Source: Amphiscolops sp. MND2022
Taxonomy: Eukaryota
Reading direction: 5' to 3'
Length of the DNA: 64,000 nucleotides
Assembly (NCBI GenBank): GCA_964187785.1
Contig: OZ076409.1
Coordinates: 36,210,001-36,274,000, forward strand
Shown here piece by piece: positions 1 to 13,513 of the stretch (positions within the stretch are counted from its first letter, which is position 1; each line of letters opens with the position of its first letter). A program made the translations under genes and the position numbers. The notes below the pieces were generated by a model. The model saw only the letters and a list, made by a program, of their open reading frames with translations, did no database searches and was not told where the DNA came from.

Positions 1-329
1 CTAAAAAAAATACTTTTTTCGAAAAAAAAAATTTTCAATATTTTTTTTGAAAAAAATTTTTCCAAATGTTTCCAATAGTTGTTCTTTGAATATTTTTGAG
101 CCTTAGATATGGCGCCGACTTGAGACGATCCCGTCTTGTTTTTTCGAAAATTTTTCCAAAAAAATTTTTTTAAATGTCTCCAAAGGGTCCCCCCTCAACT
201 TTTTTGATATTTTGCAACAGACTGGATTTTTAAAAAGTCGGAAGGGGTCCCCCCTTTAACAAATTCAAAAAAATAGTGCTTTTTTGAGCCTTAGATATAG
301 CGCCGACTTCAGACGTTCCCGTCTTGTTC
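1..329 (+). mobile_element. Two 3' ends of HINE/DINE-1-like (Helentron-associated) interspersed repeats
   Basis: Two copies of the family terminus gagccttagatat(g/a)gcgccgactt...cccgtcttgtt, ending at ~140 and ~329. The same terminus occurs at 12980-13022. Confidence 0.6.
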
Positions 330-769
330 TATCTTTGTTCGAGGGAATTTTAACCATGTTTTCAAACGTTTAAAACGTTTGTTTTGGTTAAAATTAATTT
401 AAAACTTAGAATGGCCAACCCTGTTGATATCTCCACAACAACGCATACCAGAGAAATGAACTAAGGCGCGCTGAAAAGGTATGATATTAGGCTTTCATTT
501 TGGTCTGGTGAGCCCCTGTCGTCAAACTGAACTTTCTCTAACCTTCAAGCTTGATGAACGTGCATTGCACTTTTGTCACCATTTAAAAACAGGAGCCAAT
601 TGGAACAAATATTGCAATCTACAATTAAAATTATAAATTTTGTGGTCATATTTAAGTTTAGTTCATGTTCCAAACTTCTTCAATTCTACTTCATTAAACT
701 CCAACAGAATTGTTCAGTCTAACTTTCGGACACACAGAGCGTGCATGTGATGAAAAGTGAAGGACTTAC

Positions 770-1019
770 CATGTTTTTCGAGGTACTTTTCGAACTCTAT
801 GATAGCGGGGGGTTTGGTAGATGAGAGATCATTGGTCATATTGTATATCTTCACCTTTGATCCACTGCTACCGGGTGCACCAGACGCCGACGCAGGGGAG
901 CCACGAGAGTTCACCACTGACGCTGATTGGCTCTGCTGTTGTTGAATATCCCATGCCTCTATTCTCCGCTCCAGTGCCGCCAGCTCGTGGTACAAAGACT
1001 TCTCGGCGTGCACGAACAG
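770..1019 (-). CDS. CCDC112: CCDC112-like coiled-coil protein, internal coding exon
   Basis: Acceptor tttAG at 1021-1020 and donor G|GTAAGT at 769. It translates LFVHAEKSLYHELAALERRIEAWD...PPAIIEFEKYLEKH, resembling CCDC112 (NELSAISRKIDTW...PEEVVDFEKFLQQTG). Phase 0 matches the upstream exon. Later exons were not found in the window. Confidence 0.75.
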
Positions 1020-1427
1020 CTAAATTAAACAGCAAACCCATCATTATTTCATCCAATGCTCCCTCTGAGATATACATGTAGTGTCTGTATTTCTTTACAC
1101 TACAATGTAGGGAACCATCAATCGAAGGTCCATTTAAATCATTACATTTGTCCGTCAGCCTTGAATTCAATTCAAATTATGAAAAGGAATGAAATTGAAA
1201 CACTAATGGAAAGCTTCCATGTGTAAAAATGTTTATCCTATATTGAACAGAAGATTATTGTTCGTTTACCACGTATAGTTGATATGCTTGCCTCAAAGTC
1301 ATGATGGAAACATATCAAGGTCAAGTTAAGAATTGATAACCACGACAACGTACAAATATATTAACTAAGAGGACTAATTGTTTATTTTCAACCTGATCAA
1401 ATGTAATCTGACTACAAATTATGTAGT

Positions 1428-1500
1428 CTGGCCACTCGACCTCAGTGGTTAGAGGGTGTGGCTGGGATGCAAGATCAATGTGAATACGAATCCGGGGGTT
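1428..1500 (+). other. Possible degenerate tRNA-derived SINE head
   Basis: An A-box-like ctcagtggttagag and a B-box-like tacgaatcc occur at tRNA-like spacing. There is no intact cloverleaf. Confidence 0.25.
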
Positions 1501-2230
1501 GAATACATTTGCTTGCGGGGCTAGTGTACTACTCCTTTAGTTTTTTTTCGATTTTTTCAGTTAGGAAAAAAGCCTTTCGAGCAGTGAATTGGATCGCTTG
1601 TAAGCGAAAGCGACGTAATATCGGAATAAGTACCGAAAGCGACGGCTGAAATTTGCGCTTATTTGATTGGAAATTTTTAGCAAATTTGTAAAAAAAAGTG
1701 CTCAGAACTTACAGTGGTAAGTTTTTTACCGCACATTTGACCCGACAGCGGTACAGTTGAAAGATGTCTTTTGTGGTGGTAGTCTGTTGAGAAAAGGGAG
1801 TAATCGACCTTCGGTTTTTCAGCATTGTGCGACTTTTCGAAACTTTTTTCAAATCATCAATCGGAATTTTTGAAGTTTCATTCAGGGAAAATGAAACATG
1901 AACGTGAAGAGTCCTCTTTGGGTACATTTCGGCTCTAAGATTCATGAATATTTTCCCAATAATTGTTCCTGAGCACTCATAAAAGACTTTGCTCTGTTTG
2001 AGCCTTACGGGGAACGCCGAGTTGGGCCGTTACACGTTTGTTTTAACGAAGTCTGAATAAACTTTGATCATTTAAATGCATTGGTCAATCAAATTATTGT
2101 GAAAACACCAGAGTATTCCAAAAACTTAATTTTTATCTACCATCAAGCAAAGCAAAGTATTCCAAGTGCATGGTTTTTTGAGTCTTCGGTTGAAAGCTTG
2201 AGAAAATTTTCGGCATTCTGATAATGTAGA

Positions 2231-3594
2231 AACAAGGCGGGAACGGCCCAAGTCGGCGCCATTTCTAAGGCTCAAAAAGACTCGAAAACGAAAACCACTT
2301 TTTCTACAACTGGAGACAACAAAAGCTCTCAAAAAACTAAAAATTGAGGAAAAAAACCCGAATTTTTTCGAATTTTTTTTGAAGTTTCCGGTAAGTCGCA
2401 TAGTGCCGAAAAATGTAAAAGGGGAGACGCTTTGGGATTTTTTGAACATTCATTCTGTTGCAAAATATCAAAAATTGATGGGAGGAACAATAAAAAAAAT
2501 CAGTCTCACTGTGCCGAAAAAAGGAGGAAAGTCATAGTGTCGAAAAAAGTGGACCCTTCTGCTTTAGAATGGCTTTTTATCGCATGTTAGAGGCTTTGGA
2601 TGCGTTGAAAATGAAGTACTAAGTACATATGGTTAAAGTTGGTAAATGTGCATTAATGCACAAAAAGTGGACGTTTCGCGTTGAACTGACGAAAAAAACT
2701 AGCCGACTAAAAAAATACAAACAAGTCGGGAACGGCCCAAGTCGGCGCCATATCTAAGGCTCAAAAAGACTCGAAAACCACTTTTTCTACAACTGGAGAC
2801 AACGAAAGCTCTCAAAAAACTAAAAATTGAGAAAAAAAATTTTTCCGAAATTTTTTTTGAAAATTTTTTTTGAACTCTCGGGTAAGTCGCATAGTGCCGA
2901 AAAATGTAAAAGGGGGACCCTTCGGGATTTTTAGAACATCGATTCTGTTGCAAAATACCAAAAAATTCATGGGGGAGCAATGAAAAAATTTGTGAAAAAA
3001 ATGAGGCTTTTGAACAGTGTCACAGTGCCGAAAAAAGGAGGAAAGTCATAGTGTCAAAAAAGTGGACCCTCCTGCTTTGGAATGGCTTTTTATCGCATGT
3101 TAGAGGCTTTGGATGCGTTGAAAATGAAGTACTAAGTACATATGGTTAAAGTTGGTAAATGTGCATTAATGCACAAAAAGTGGACGTTTCGCGTTGAACT
3201 GACGAAAAAAACTAGCCGACTAGAAAAATACAAACAAGCCGGGAACGGCCCAAGTCGGCGCCATATCTAAGGCTCAAAAAGACTCAAAAACCACTTTTTC
3301 TACAACTGGAGACAACAACTGGAGCTCTCAAAAAACTAAAAATTGAGAAAAAAAATTTCCGAATTTTTTTTCGAAGTTTCCGGTAAGTCGCATAGTGCCG
3401 AAAATGTAAAAAGGGGACGCTTTTTCTCATGCTAGACGCTTTGGATGCGTTGAAAATGAAGTATTAAGTACATATGGTAAAGTTGGTAAATGTGCATTAT
3501 AATGCACAAAAAGTGGAAGTTACGCGTTGAACTGACGAAAAAAAAACTAGCCACTGTAAGAGTCGGAATTTTCTTCGAAAACGCCGACTAAAAA
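2231..3594 (-). mobile_element. Head-to-tail array of three HINE/DINE-1-like units inside the CCDC112-like intron
   Basis: Units begin aacaag..gggaacggcccaagtcggcgcc at ~2231, ~2720 and ~3233. They have subterminal inverted motifs agtcggcg/cgccgact, a terminal hairpin agtcgg...ccgact and a T-run terminus. Confidence 0.7.
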
Positions 3595-4385
3595 TGGCTT
3601 TGTCCCAGTAATACTCATTCGAAAAAATTTCCTCGGTAGTAAAAACGCGAATGATATTAGTTCTCTTCAGTATAAAATATGGGCGGAAAATATATTAGCA
3701 TAAAATATGCAAAGGAAAATTTAAAAAAAACGTAAACGAGTTATTGACATTTTCCACTCAAGAAACAATTGAAAAACAAGGTGATTACAATGAGAACATA
3801 TTGTAAACCCCTCCAAACTCTCTGAAACAGGATTTGGTTATACATTTACAATCTCACTGTAATACTTTTTAAGAACAGCACGACGAATGTGCTCGTGGTA
3901 AAGTTACGCACGGTTGGTCAAATGGTAGAATTACCGCTGCACAATAACAATTGAGTAATACATGTAAGTTGCAGCACAAAAGGTTGAACAACTATGGTGG
4001 TTGAACAACAAAAAACAATAGTAAGGCCTGTTACGCTTGTTTTTAAAGTGGGATTCACAGGAAGTATGTTGATTTCATTTGAACACAGCAAATGTCTTCG
4101 ACTGAGTACAAAGGTGAATTGGGATCAATTTTTGCAAGAAGATAAAGGAACACGGCATAGACGTATAGTGGCTCCCAACTAATGATTGAACGTTTGGATC
4201 ATTGGATTTGCTTAGCAACTTAATCCACCTGTTGCAATTTTCAAATCGTTTTAAAAAAGCACGAAATAACTTTTTCATGGTATCTAATAGTTCTTCATAT
4301 TGGAAACATCACAGTTTTCATGACAACCCAAAATCATTTTTTCTTTCACAAATATTGAGTAATCAACAAATTGAGTAATATTAAC

Positions 4386-4823
4386 CTCGTAATTTTCTCT
4401 ATTGGCACTTTTGAATGAGTTTATGCTTGAGTCAATTTCTTCCACCTTTTCCTTCAGCTTTTCAACTGAGATTGGAGCCCCACTGGGCGAGAAGGTATTC
4501 TGATCACTAGCCCCTGTTTCCCTTTTGGCCCCAGGGACACCTGACCGCATATGAAGGACAGTACTGCGAAATGTTCGGACTACACCTCTAAGTCTATCTA
4601 AATCTTTTTTCATTTTGTTCATTTCCTCTTTTCTTTGTTCGTCAAACTTCAGGTTGATATCTTCAAGCTCGGAGTAAAAGGGCCTGAATTCGGATTTTTT
4701 GTTGAACATGGTGTTATTTCTTTCTCGCTCCAATGCTTTGGCTTTCTGCTGTACTTGAGACAATTCTCTGAGAAGACGGATTTTTTCATCTTGTGTTGAT
4801 GAGCTTTCGCTGGCATTTGGCAT
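4386..4823 (-). CDS. CCDC112: CCDC112-like coiled-coil protein, first recognisable coding exon
   Basis: Translates MPNASESS...KALERERNNTMFNKKSEFRPFYSELED...VEKLKEKVEEIDSSINSFKSANRENYE, then donor GAG|GTTAAT at 4385. An acceptor (ttttcAG at 4833-4832) lies just upstream of the ATG. It resembles the CCDC112 N-terminus and joins in frame to 770-1019. Confidence 0.75.
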
Positions 4824-7164
4824 AGCCCCGTCTGAAAATACAGGTTATCGCTTTCACACCATTTCGCAGATTGATTACACTAATTAAGTGGTAAAAGGCA
4901 AGAATACGGGCATCATAAAACGATTAGAGAAACATAGGTAACATGAACCGTGCAAAACTGTGGAACCAAGACTCAAGCCTAGCTTTTTCTTCACACAACA
5001 AACAAGAATGTCTTTTTAAGATTCACGAGCACTTGAAAAGCAAAATGAATTAGCTGAAGTTTACTATGATACTGTAGAACTCTTTCGAAACTTGACAAAA
5101 TGGTCATCTCTGAAATCCCCAAGCATGTTTTTTCAAAAACATACAATAAATCCAGTTTGATTAACTTACACATTCTTGTTTTCTTGAGGAAATAGACCTT
5201 TGCACACGAAAGTTGAAGCTTCATAACCCAAAGTCAGACAGGCATCCGAGAAACTTGATGCGCAAAACCAATTTCTTGAAGACCAATTTGAAAGACGTTG
5301 TGGATACGGATGAGAAGGCAGCAATATTGAGGCAAATAAACCAAGGGAGGAGAGTATTATTACCACAAACACGAACTATCAAGATACAACAGAGACACGT
5401 GGCTTTGCCTGACCTGCGTAACTTGTACCAGCAATCTCAGAATGGAAAGTTAGTTTTCCCCAGATAATTTTAATAAGACTAATAAAACTTTGTTCAAATT
5501 TTAATCTGCGATATTTGGAATTAGCTCTTGACGTAAATTTTCAACATCGAATAAAAGGATATGACGCTATAGTGATTACACTGAAACTGTTTCTGGAAAA
5601 TAAACTCATGATAGAAAGGAGATGGCACCCAGTAAAAGATAATGACCTGCAAAAAGCACGTCTTTGAATGTAATCAGAAAGCTCTCGTATTATTCTTGCT
5701 TTTCTGTCAATAATATCCATTCAATACTCAATTTTCATCTCACATTATGTACAGTAAAGATTAGCGAAAAAGCTCGACGGCGTATCAATAAAAAAGACAC
5801 CGGACCGGTTCCAAAGACCAAGAAATGTTGAAAATTGACGTTGTTTTTAGATCAAAGCACAACGAAGAAGTTGCACTTGAATATTGTCCGAAATGCTTCG
5901 ACAACCGGTGAGCTTGCAAGTATAACATTAACGAAATATTTCTTGATAGGAGAGAATTCAATGAAAACTTCCAAATTATTCTCTGTCCAACTCTAGCTGT
6001 TATTCACGAAAAGAAAAGTAACGCAATCGTTTGATGAATTTCAGAACTTCTACTCCAGCGTACCTTGAGAAAGTGAAGAGGCAAAGACAACAACGCATAC
6101 TGGACGAAATGCGATCGGCTGTGAAGCGAAACTTATTTGAGAACGAGATTCTTATGGAGAGACCCTACAGACAACTCACAGTGAGACTCAGAGGATATAG
6201 GTATTTTTCTGTCGATTATTCGGCGAATTCCCTAAGCACGAGTCATTTCAGAAGACGATCCTCCGTTTTCTCAATCCCCGCACTTTTCGATGCCACTTCA
6301 ATAGCAGAAGAAACAGAGGACAACGAATAGTATACAGAAGACATCAAAAACTTCAAAGAAGGAAATTTTAATCATACGTTCAATGCGATATCTTTCAGAC
6401 ATTTCATGCACTTCCACACCATCTTTGAAAAGATTATTTGGGTTTCTATTCATTCCTGTTCGAAAATCTGCTCAGTACATCAGAATCTTAACTCTGAATT
6501 TAAAACTCCATAAAGTTGATGAAGAACTATTTGATGGGAGGATTTAATTAGAACAAAATAGGCCCCCTGTGAGGAATAGTACATAGTCCTGTAGGTTACA
6601 ACGTTCAATAACCTCGACAGTGCTTTTGTCCCCAAATGAGGACAGCGATTTTATTCACAATCAATATAATATTACGAAACGCAAAAAGCTTATAGGAAAA
6701 CGAAGTTTTGTTTTTCTAATCAACAATCTATTGGACTACCTGGGGCGAGTTGTTATTTGTGTCAATATAGTTTGTTTTCCGAACCATCTGCAAAAAGGCA
6801 ACAAGAAAAAAGTGAAAATTTGCAAAAAGATACTTTTCAGAAAATTTAACTTTTTCTCTATAACAGCAACTGTTTGCTAAGTTACTGTCACTCTCTAGTA
6901 ACACAGTTTGCCACCATTGAAACCGCATATAGAAGTTTTTTTAATGAAGCTTCAGGGAAAAGTTCGAGTGTCATTTGAAAGGCCCGGCGAAGTGGCGCCA
7001 ACTTCCAGCCTAACTAGTGTCCATTTGAAAGCTTAGGTAAAGGGCTTTCAGGAGCAGAAAACCGATTTGAGCTGTCGCTATTATTCGTGGAGAAATTAGG
7101 CTTTGAAAATTTTTTTGCTATTTTTTGTCACTTTTTCAACTTCTCGGTGTACTGTCGAGGATAA

Positions 7165-8411
7165 TAACAAGCCGAAAATGGCATAAGTCGGCGCCCCGCT
7201 TGAGACTCAAAAATAGCAAAAGGACTTCAAAGTGTCAAGTATTCTCTTTTACAGTACCCGAAAAACCCAAAGGGGGACCCTCTTGGGCCTAAAGTTCAAG
7301 TTTGAATTTACTTCTGATAAACGTCAAAAATTTGGATGTAGCTTTTCGGATATAGCGCAATATTTTGGAACAGCCGCCTCCTTCTGAGTAGAACGTCAAA
7401 AGTTCGGAGATAGCGTGCTGGGCCAAATGGGAGCGCTTTCCTTCGAACCTCCTCCTTGGTAATACGCAATTTATTTCGGGCTTTCAATTGATTCCCGGCG
7501 TGCTAGGTTTTTTTGAAAAAAAGTTTGGTGGATGTGTATTGACAAAAGCTACTATTATTTCAACAGAAAATAAGAAGTTTGAAACAGTCTCATCGTGTCG
7601 AAAAATGTAAAAACTGGACCATTTTTAACATCCAATTTGTATCAAAACATCAAAAATTGAAGGGGAAAAAATTTCTGCCAAAAAACCGAAAGACCCTTCA
7701 GTCTCGTCTGGTTTTGTATGTTACGCTACAAATGGAACAACTATTATAATTCAGTTCCCTGGACCAAGTAGTCAAACTTGGGCCCTTAAATTTTGAAGAA
7801 CTTTTAATAGAAACTTTTTCGTTAGTTCGTGTGGATTGAAAACCAGAGCCGCATAAGCGGTAAAGGAGTCGACTTAGGTCTTTTCCTTCTGGTTCGCTCG
7901 AATCCCAGTCATAGGAATTTATTGAAATTGAACACATAGGACCATATTATGGTGTAGAATGACTGTAGAAAATTTCATTCGAATCGTATGGAGTTTTTGA
8001 GAAAATCGAAAAGTCGAAAAATGGCTGTTTTTTGTTAAATTTGGCTGTTTCTCACATCCCAGCCATAGGATTTTGATGCCATTGCCCAAATAGTACTCTA
8101 ATATGGAGTAGAATTAGAAAATTTCGTTCGAATCGTATGGCCATTTTTGGGCTAATTTCGGCTATGTTTCTGACATCCCAGTCATACGATTTTGATGCCT
8201 TTGCGCACGAAAAGGCCCCTTTGGGTGTAGAATGACTGCAAAATTTCATAAAAATCGTATGGACAGTTTTTGAGGAACTTGAATTTTCATAGAAAGGTCG
8301 GGAGAAAAAAAACGTCACGATTGCATAAGTAGTCGAAATTTTTCCCGACTCCTAAAAATTTAAAAGTCACGATTATAGTCACGTTTCACTTCATGAAGCC
8401 CTGACTAAAAA
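7165..8411 (-). mobile_element. Longer composite HINE-like repeat
   Basis: Begins aacaagccgaaaatggcataagtcggcgcc and ends ccctgactaaaaa. An internal hairpin-type end agtcgaaatttttcccgact lies near 8330. Confidence 0.45.
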
Positions 8412-9263
8412 TAGGCCCCTACGGGACACATTGTCCCTGCTTTTAGACTTTCATGTTCAATAGTAAAGCATATCTCAAAAAATACACTCCTGTTCAACCA
8501 TTATATAGCGCACAATAAATCACAGTACCAATTTACACCGCGTTGAATTCTTGAATTCTACTCGGACTAAGGAAAATATAACTGAATATATGAAGCTTCG
8601 TATTCACATTTGAATGCAGGTGAAGCTCTCTGCGAACAAATAATTAACACTCGCTAGCTTTATCTCAATAACTCGGCGTACGAAAGCATAATTACGAACA
8701 TTTGCTCGCTTCATCTCAATGAATTCGGTGTACTTTTTTCAGTAGGTACTATTATCTCTGAAATTGACTGGAAACATAGTTGCATAGCTCAGATTTCTAT
8801 ATTATTCCTGCTATCGCAGAAATAAAAACTAACTGTGGTCGGCAGCTTAAAGAAATTTAAACCCCATGGTAATACTCAATGCCGAACAGAATATCTGCAT
8901 CTTTTTCACTAGATAATTTTCATCGAAGACTCGTCAGAAAAAACTTCTAACAGGTGTACATTTTTTCCTGCTATTGCAGAAATAAACATCTGAAATAACT
9001 GTAGACCCCTGGTAATTCATTATATAACGCTCAACTAATCACTATACCAGTTTACACCGCCTTTGATTCTTCTCGGACTATAAGCTTTGTTACTTAAACA
9101 AAAAGATTACAACAACTAAGCGCATATGACGTTTCGTATTTGAATGCCTGCGATGCTCTCTGCGTTCGAGTGATTAACAGCCGTTCGCTTCATATGAAAA
9201 ACTGCCTAGGGAACTAACTTAGTTTTTAATATTTCACCAGTTGTTCTTTCGGTACTTCTTCGA

Positions 9264-9665
9264 TTGTTTTTCAGCGTCGAACCCAGCCGCTTCAGCACCA
9301 GAAGCACGAACCTCATCATTGGGACATCCAGAACAAAATATATACAATCAAAACTAGTCGGTGCCGCTATTCATTCTTACTTACGAGGAGCCACACTCAG
9401 CGAATTGTGCACGATCATTGAGAAATATCCCCGACAGAAGCTGAAAACTCACGTAATTATCGCAGGTTTTAACGACCATCGCACATCACCCCGCACATTT
9501 GCTGATCATTGGAAATACCTTGATACAATTAATCTTTTGAAAGTTCAAACACACCACAGCAGTGATTCCCAAAACCATTGCTACTTACAACAATCCTCAA
9601 TTGAATAAGAAAATCCGGTCCCTAAATTTTGCTCTAATCAACCTTTTGAATTCTTTGAATCCACC
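9264..9665 (+). pseudogene. SGNH/GDSL esterase-like ORF (LINE ORF1-type), frameshifted and truncated
   Basis: Shows blocks NLIIGTS (I), SYLRGATLSEL (II) and VIIAGFND (III). It continues in another frame (TAVIPKTIATYNNPQLNKKIRSLN). It is preceded by a 5'-UTR-like region with internal duplications (8480-9230). Confidence 0.6.
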
Positions 9666-9686
9666 ATATATGTGTAAAAAGTTCAA

Positions 9687-12383
9687 TTGTACAACATATA
9701 CATGACCTGCCAAGCCTTCCTTCAATTCCTCAACGAAATGTCGGATCAGAAAGATTGTAGCATTGGCAACAAATCATTTCGAAAACAAGTCGTATGGTGT
9801 TGCATTTGCGGCTACGTTCACGTGAAGTGTAGCGGTCTCTCGACGACACGTGAATGGACGCAGGATTTCGTATGCCAATACTGTATCCGTCCTTCCGAAA
9901 ACGGTACGACTCAACCTGGTGAAAATCAACGGACTGAGCCCAAAGCTCCTCTAGAAAATACCGATCCATCTCCAATGTATTTCTGGGGAAGAACAATAGA
10001 ACAGCACTGCCAGCCGCTGAAACGAATTTTCCTTGAAGTAGTTCACTGGAAGCCGAAATTTATCACTCCAAAAGGGAACAGTATTGTCATTGCAAAAAAA
10101 AATCAACAACAAAACCGTGATGGAAAAGCACCCCCACCGCAAGCAGCAGAGCAAAGCTACATAGATCGCTGGCAGGAAAACGGTCTAGCTTAATACTGCA
10201 GTATATTCGATCTGATAAGCGCTGGAACGGTCCGCAAAACCGCAATGACTACACAAGGCAGTCATGGACCATCTGGTGTTGATACCGACGAGTGGCACAG
10301 GTGGCTTTCAAATTTTGGACAGTCATCGACTATTCTGTGCCGCAACCTGGCATCATTTGCTCGAAGATTAGCAACTGAAAAAGTAAACGAAGAAGTTCTG
10401 CGACCATACAACGCCTGTAGATTGACCCCCATAGACAAGAACCCTGAAGTCAGACCAATCGGTGGAGGTAAAATCATACGACGAATCTTGGCGCGTGTCA
10501 TTTTAAAATGCATCAGCAACGACCTCAAAGCCTTAGGCGGAAACAGCAAATTATGTCTTGGTCAGAAAAGTGGCATAGATCACGCGATTCACCGGCTGAG
10601 GGAGAAGTTTGAACATGACAGCGAAGCAATACTTTCAATTGATGCAAAAATGCATTCAATAGTCTCAACAGAAGCTTAGCTCTCCAGGACATCGAACTCG
10701 TTCCCCTCCATAGTCACTGCTCTACGAAAGTTCTACGACTCTCCTTCAAACCTGAATGTGAACGACGAAATTCTATCACATGAAGGAACAACTCAAGACG
10801 ACCCATTAGCCATGTCGATGTGTGGACTCAGTTTTCTACCACTAATTAGACTGTTCGAAGACACAGAGATCATACATAGATGGTATGCCGACGACGGCAA
10901 TGCTGTGGGGAAGCTCGACGCAATTTAGGCTCTACAAAAAACAACATGGACCTGCTTTTGGATACCACATCACAAAATGCCACCTATTTACCAAATCAGA
11001 TTACAAAAAAGTGGCAATGACCTCGTTTGAAAACCTCGATGTCGAACTCGTAGATGGACATTGTGTACTAGGTTCCGTAATAGGCTCTTATTCCGCCTGC
11101 GAAAAATTCAGTTGAAAATGCAACTGAGTATTCGACACTGCTGAACAAACGTGCTGTTCATGCAAAAAATCGCCCCAAAATGCATACCACGCTTTGACAA
11201 AAGGGTACAGCATAAACTAACGTTTCTGTCACGCACTACACCCATTCTCACGGATGCTTTTGAAAATAGCGAGACGATATTTCGTGAGAAGTTAATACCC
11301 AACATGACTGGACAAAATCCACTGTCTTCACCGATGCGAGAATTGCTGGCTCTCCCACTGAGAAACGGAGGAAGAAACATCAAGACTCCTGACGTCTAAA
11401 TTAAGGCACTATCTGCGGGCGAATGTTGAGTCAAACTGACGATAGAACAAATGACCTCACATGGTCCAAAGAAGTCAGTCAACACCTCTCAGGAAAAAAT
11501 TGCTGCGAATATCGAATATGAACAAAAAAGCATTAAAATAAAAAAGGATGAAAAGATTGAAAACAAAAATTGACTCACTACAGATGACACTTGAAACAAA
11601 TCAACAATATTCCATGGCTCTGGCATCTCAAAAAGGTGCCTCCAGTTGGCATACAGCTCTAGGATTGAATGCTATGGTTTTGATCTGACAAAAACCGAAT
11701 TTCGTGACGGGCTATCTCTCAGGTACGGCCTTCAGCCAAACAATCTTCCCTTAAAATGTTCCTGTGGCGCAGACTTCAGAGTATCACACGCACTCCACTG
11801 TGGCAAAAAAGGCCATACTCAGATGCGTCACAAACAGATCCGTGGCACTTACGCCAAAATATTGAGAGACGTTTACGATGTCTAAAACGAGCCGAAACTT
11901 CGGACATCAGAAGGCGAGTCCTTCGAGTACAGAACCACATGCACTGAAGATGAAGCCGGCCCCGATGTCAAAGCTAGTGGACTCGGATTCCCGCTTTTGC
12001 CGTACTTTTTTTGACGTTAAGATCTTCAATCCTCACCCCGCATCTTATCCTGGAACATCAAAGATGCTTACAACACGTTAGTCAGAAAAAAACTGAAAAA
12101 CGAACAGAGAATCACAGATGTGGAACACAGCATCTTCAACCTCTAGATTTTGTCTGTACCGGAGCAGGACCGTCGGCTTCGAAAGTGATGTCAAGATTTG
12201 CGTTGAAAATCTCTGAGAAGGGATATGACAGCTATTCCGACGCAATTAGATTCATTCGTACAAAAATTTGCACTTCTACGGAGCTCGGTACTATGCCTGA
12301 GAGGATGTCGCGCCCTCAAGCGTCAAATAGACCATGTTGAGTCTTCCATTGCGGCAACAGTGCAGGAGGGAAGGCTGTCGTGA
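9687..12383 (+). mobile_element. Decayed CRE-like non-LTR retrotransposon (PHD finger, RT, restriction-like endonuclease)
   Basis: Motifs: PHD-like C..I..CCICGYVHVKC..FVCQYC; EVVHWK; GSHGPSG; ACRLTPIDKNPEVRPIG; EGTTQDDPL; WYADD; CSCG..HALHC..RH; TFFDVKIFNPH; RGCR at the C-terminus. It has many stops and frameshifts. Confidence 0.85.
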
Positions 12384-12642
12384 ATTATGACAATCCCAAG
12401 TGGGTTCATTTCCTGAATGTTTGACCATTTTAATATATTCTGGAGTTTTGCTTTGTAAATCTGTCCTCCACTTGTTGAGGTTTTCAGTATGTATATACGG
12501 GGACCGTTAGTGACACTGCAAGGAAGCTCTGCAGCTTGCAGCGATTCGGCACTATCTCATCTTTCAGTTATATAATTGCCCCTTTGAACTCTGGGCCATC
12601 ATTCCCGTCGCAGACCAACGTAGTTTCGCCTCGCACGGTTCC

Positions 12643-13022
12643 TTTTTAGTCGGCGTTTTCGAAGAAAATCCCGACTCTTACAGTGGCTAGTTTTTTTTCG
12701 TCAGTTCAAAGCGTAACGTCCACTTTTTGTGCATTAATGCAATTAATGCACATTTACCAACTCTTACCATATGTATTTAGTACTTCATTTTCAACGCATC
12801 CAAAGCGTCTAACATGAGATAAAAAGCGTCCCCCCTTTTACATTTTTCGGCACTATGCGACTTACCGGAAACTTCGAAAAAAAATTCAAAAAAAAATCGG
12901 AATTTTTTTCTCAATTTTTAGTTTTTTGAGAGCTTTTGTTGTCTCCAGTTGTAGAAAAAGTGGTTTTCGAGTCTTTTTGAGCCTTAGATATGGCGCCGAC
13001 TTGGGCCGTTCCCGGCTTGTTC
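12643..13022 (+). mobile_element. Complete short HINE/DINE-1-like element
   Basis: The 5' end is TTTTT-agtcggcg...ccgact (subTIR plus nearby inverted copy). The 3' end is cgccgact plus stem-loop gccgttcccggc plus ttgtt. It is highly similar to the units at 2231-3594. Confidence 0.7.
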
Positions 13023-13513
13023 TATTTGGAAAAGAGAAAAAAAAAAGAGGAGAAAGATCAAAGATATAGCAAAATAAGCAGAATAATTTAGCTTAAGATT
13101 CGGAGTAGCGCTGCTACTACAACTTTTTCACAAAACGGGTCAACTAATAGCTCTGAAAAAATCACATTTTCTGCTTCTATAACATTTCAGCTCATGCAGA
13201 AATATTAAAAATACATAATAAAAACGAATTACAGCCAGGAGGGCACAGTGAATCGTATCAATGTAGTTATCTGGTATTCATATATTTGAACCATGACCAA
13301 AAACGATACAGCATAACTTCTGATTCAAGCAATCTGTCGCATATACTACATCATTGTATTCCGATTTTCACTACAAACAGGCACATCATAGGCGATCCTG
13401 ACTGACAATTGTCAATTTTATGAAAATCAATTACTTATAAGACGTTTCAAGATCAGCTGAAATCAGAATACAGAATTGAAAAAACACCGAAGGGTTCCAA
13501 AAAAGTGCATCAC

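Noticed and set aside
4284..4385. C-terminal part of the 179-aa ORF
   Set aside because: This is read-through into an intron after the GAG|GT donor. The CCDC112-like similarity resumes at 1019.
5213..6330. Coding-looking fragments, possibly of Polinton or viral origin
   Set aside because: The fragments are short and disrupted, with no motif I can assign.
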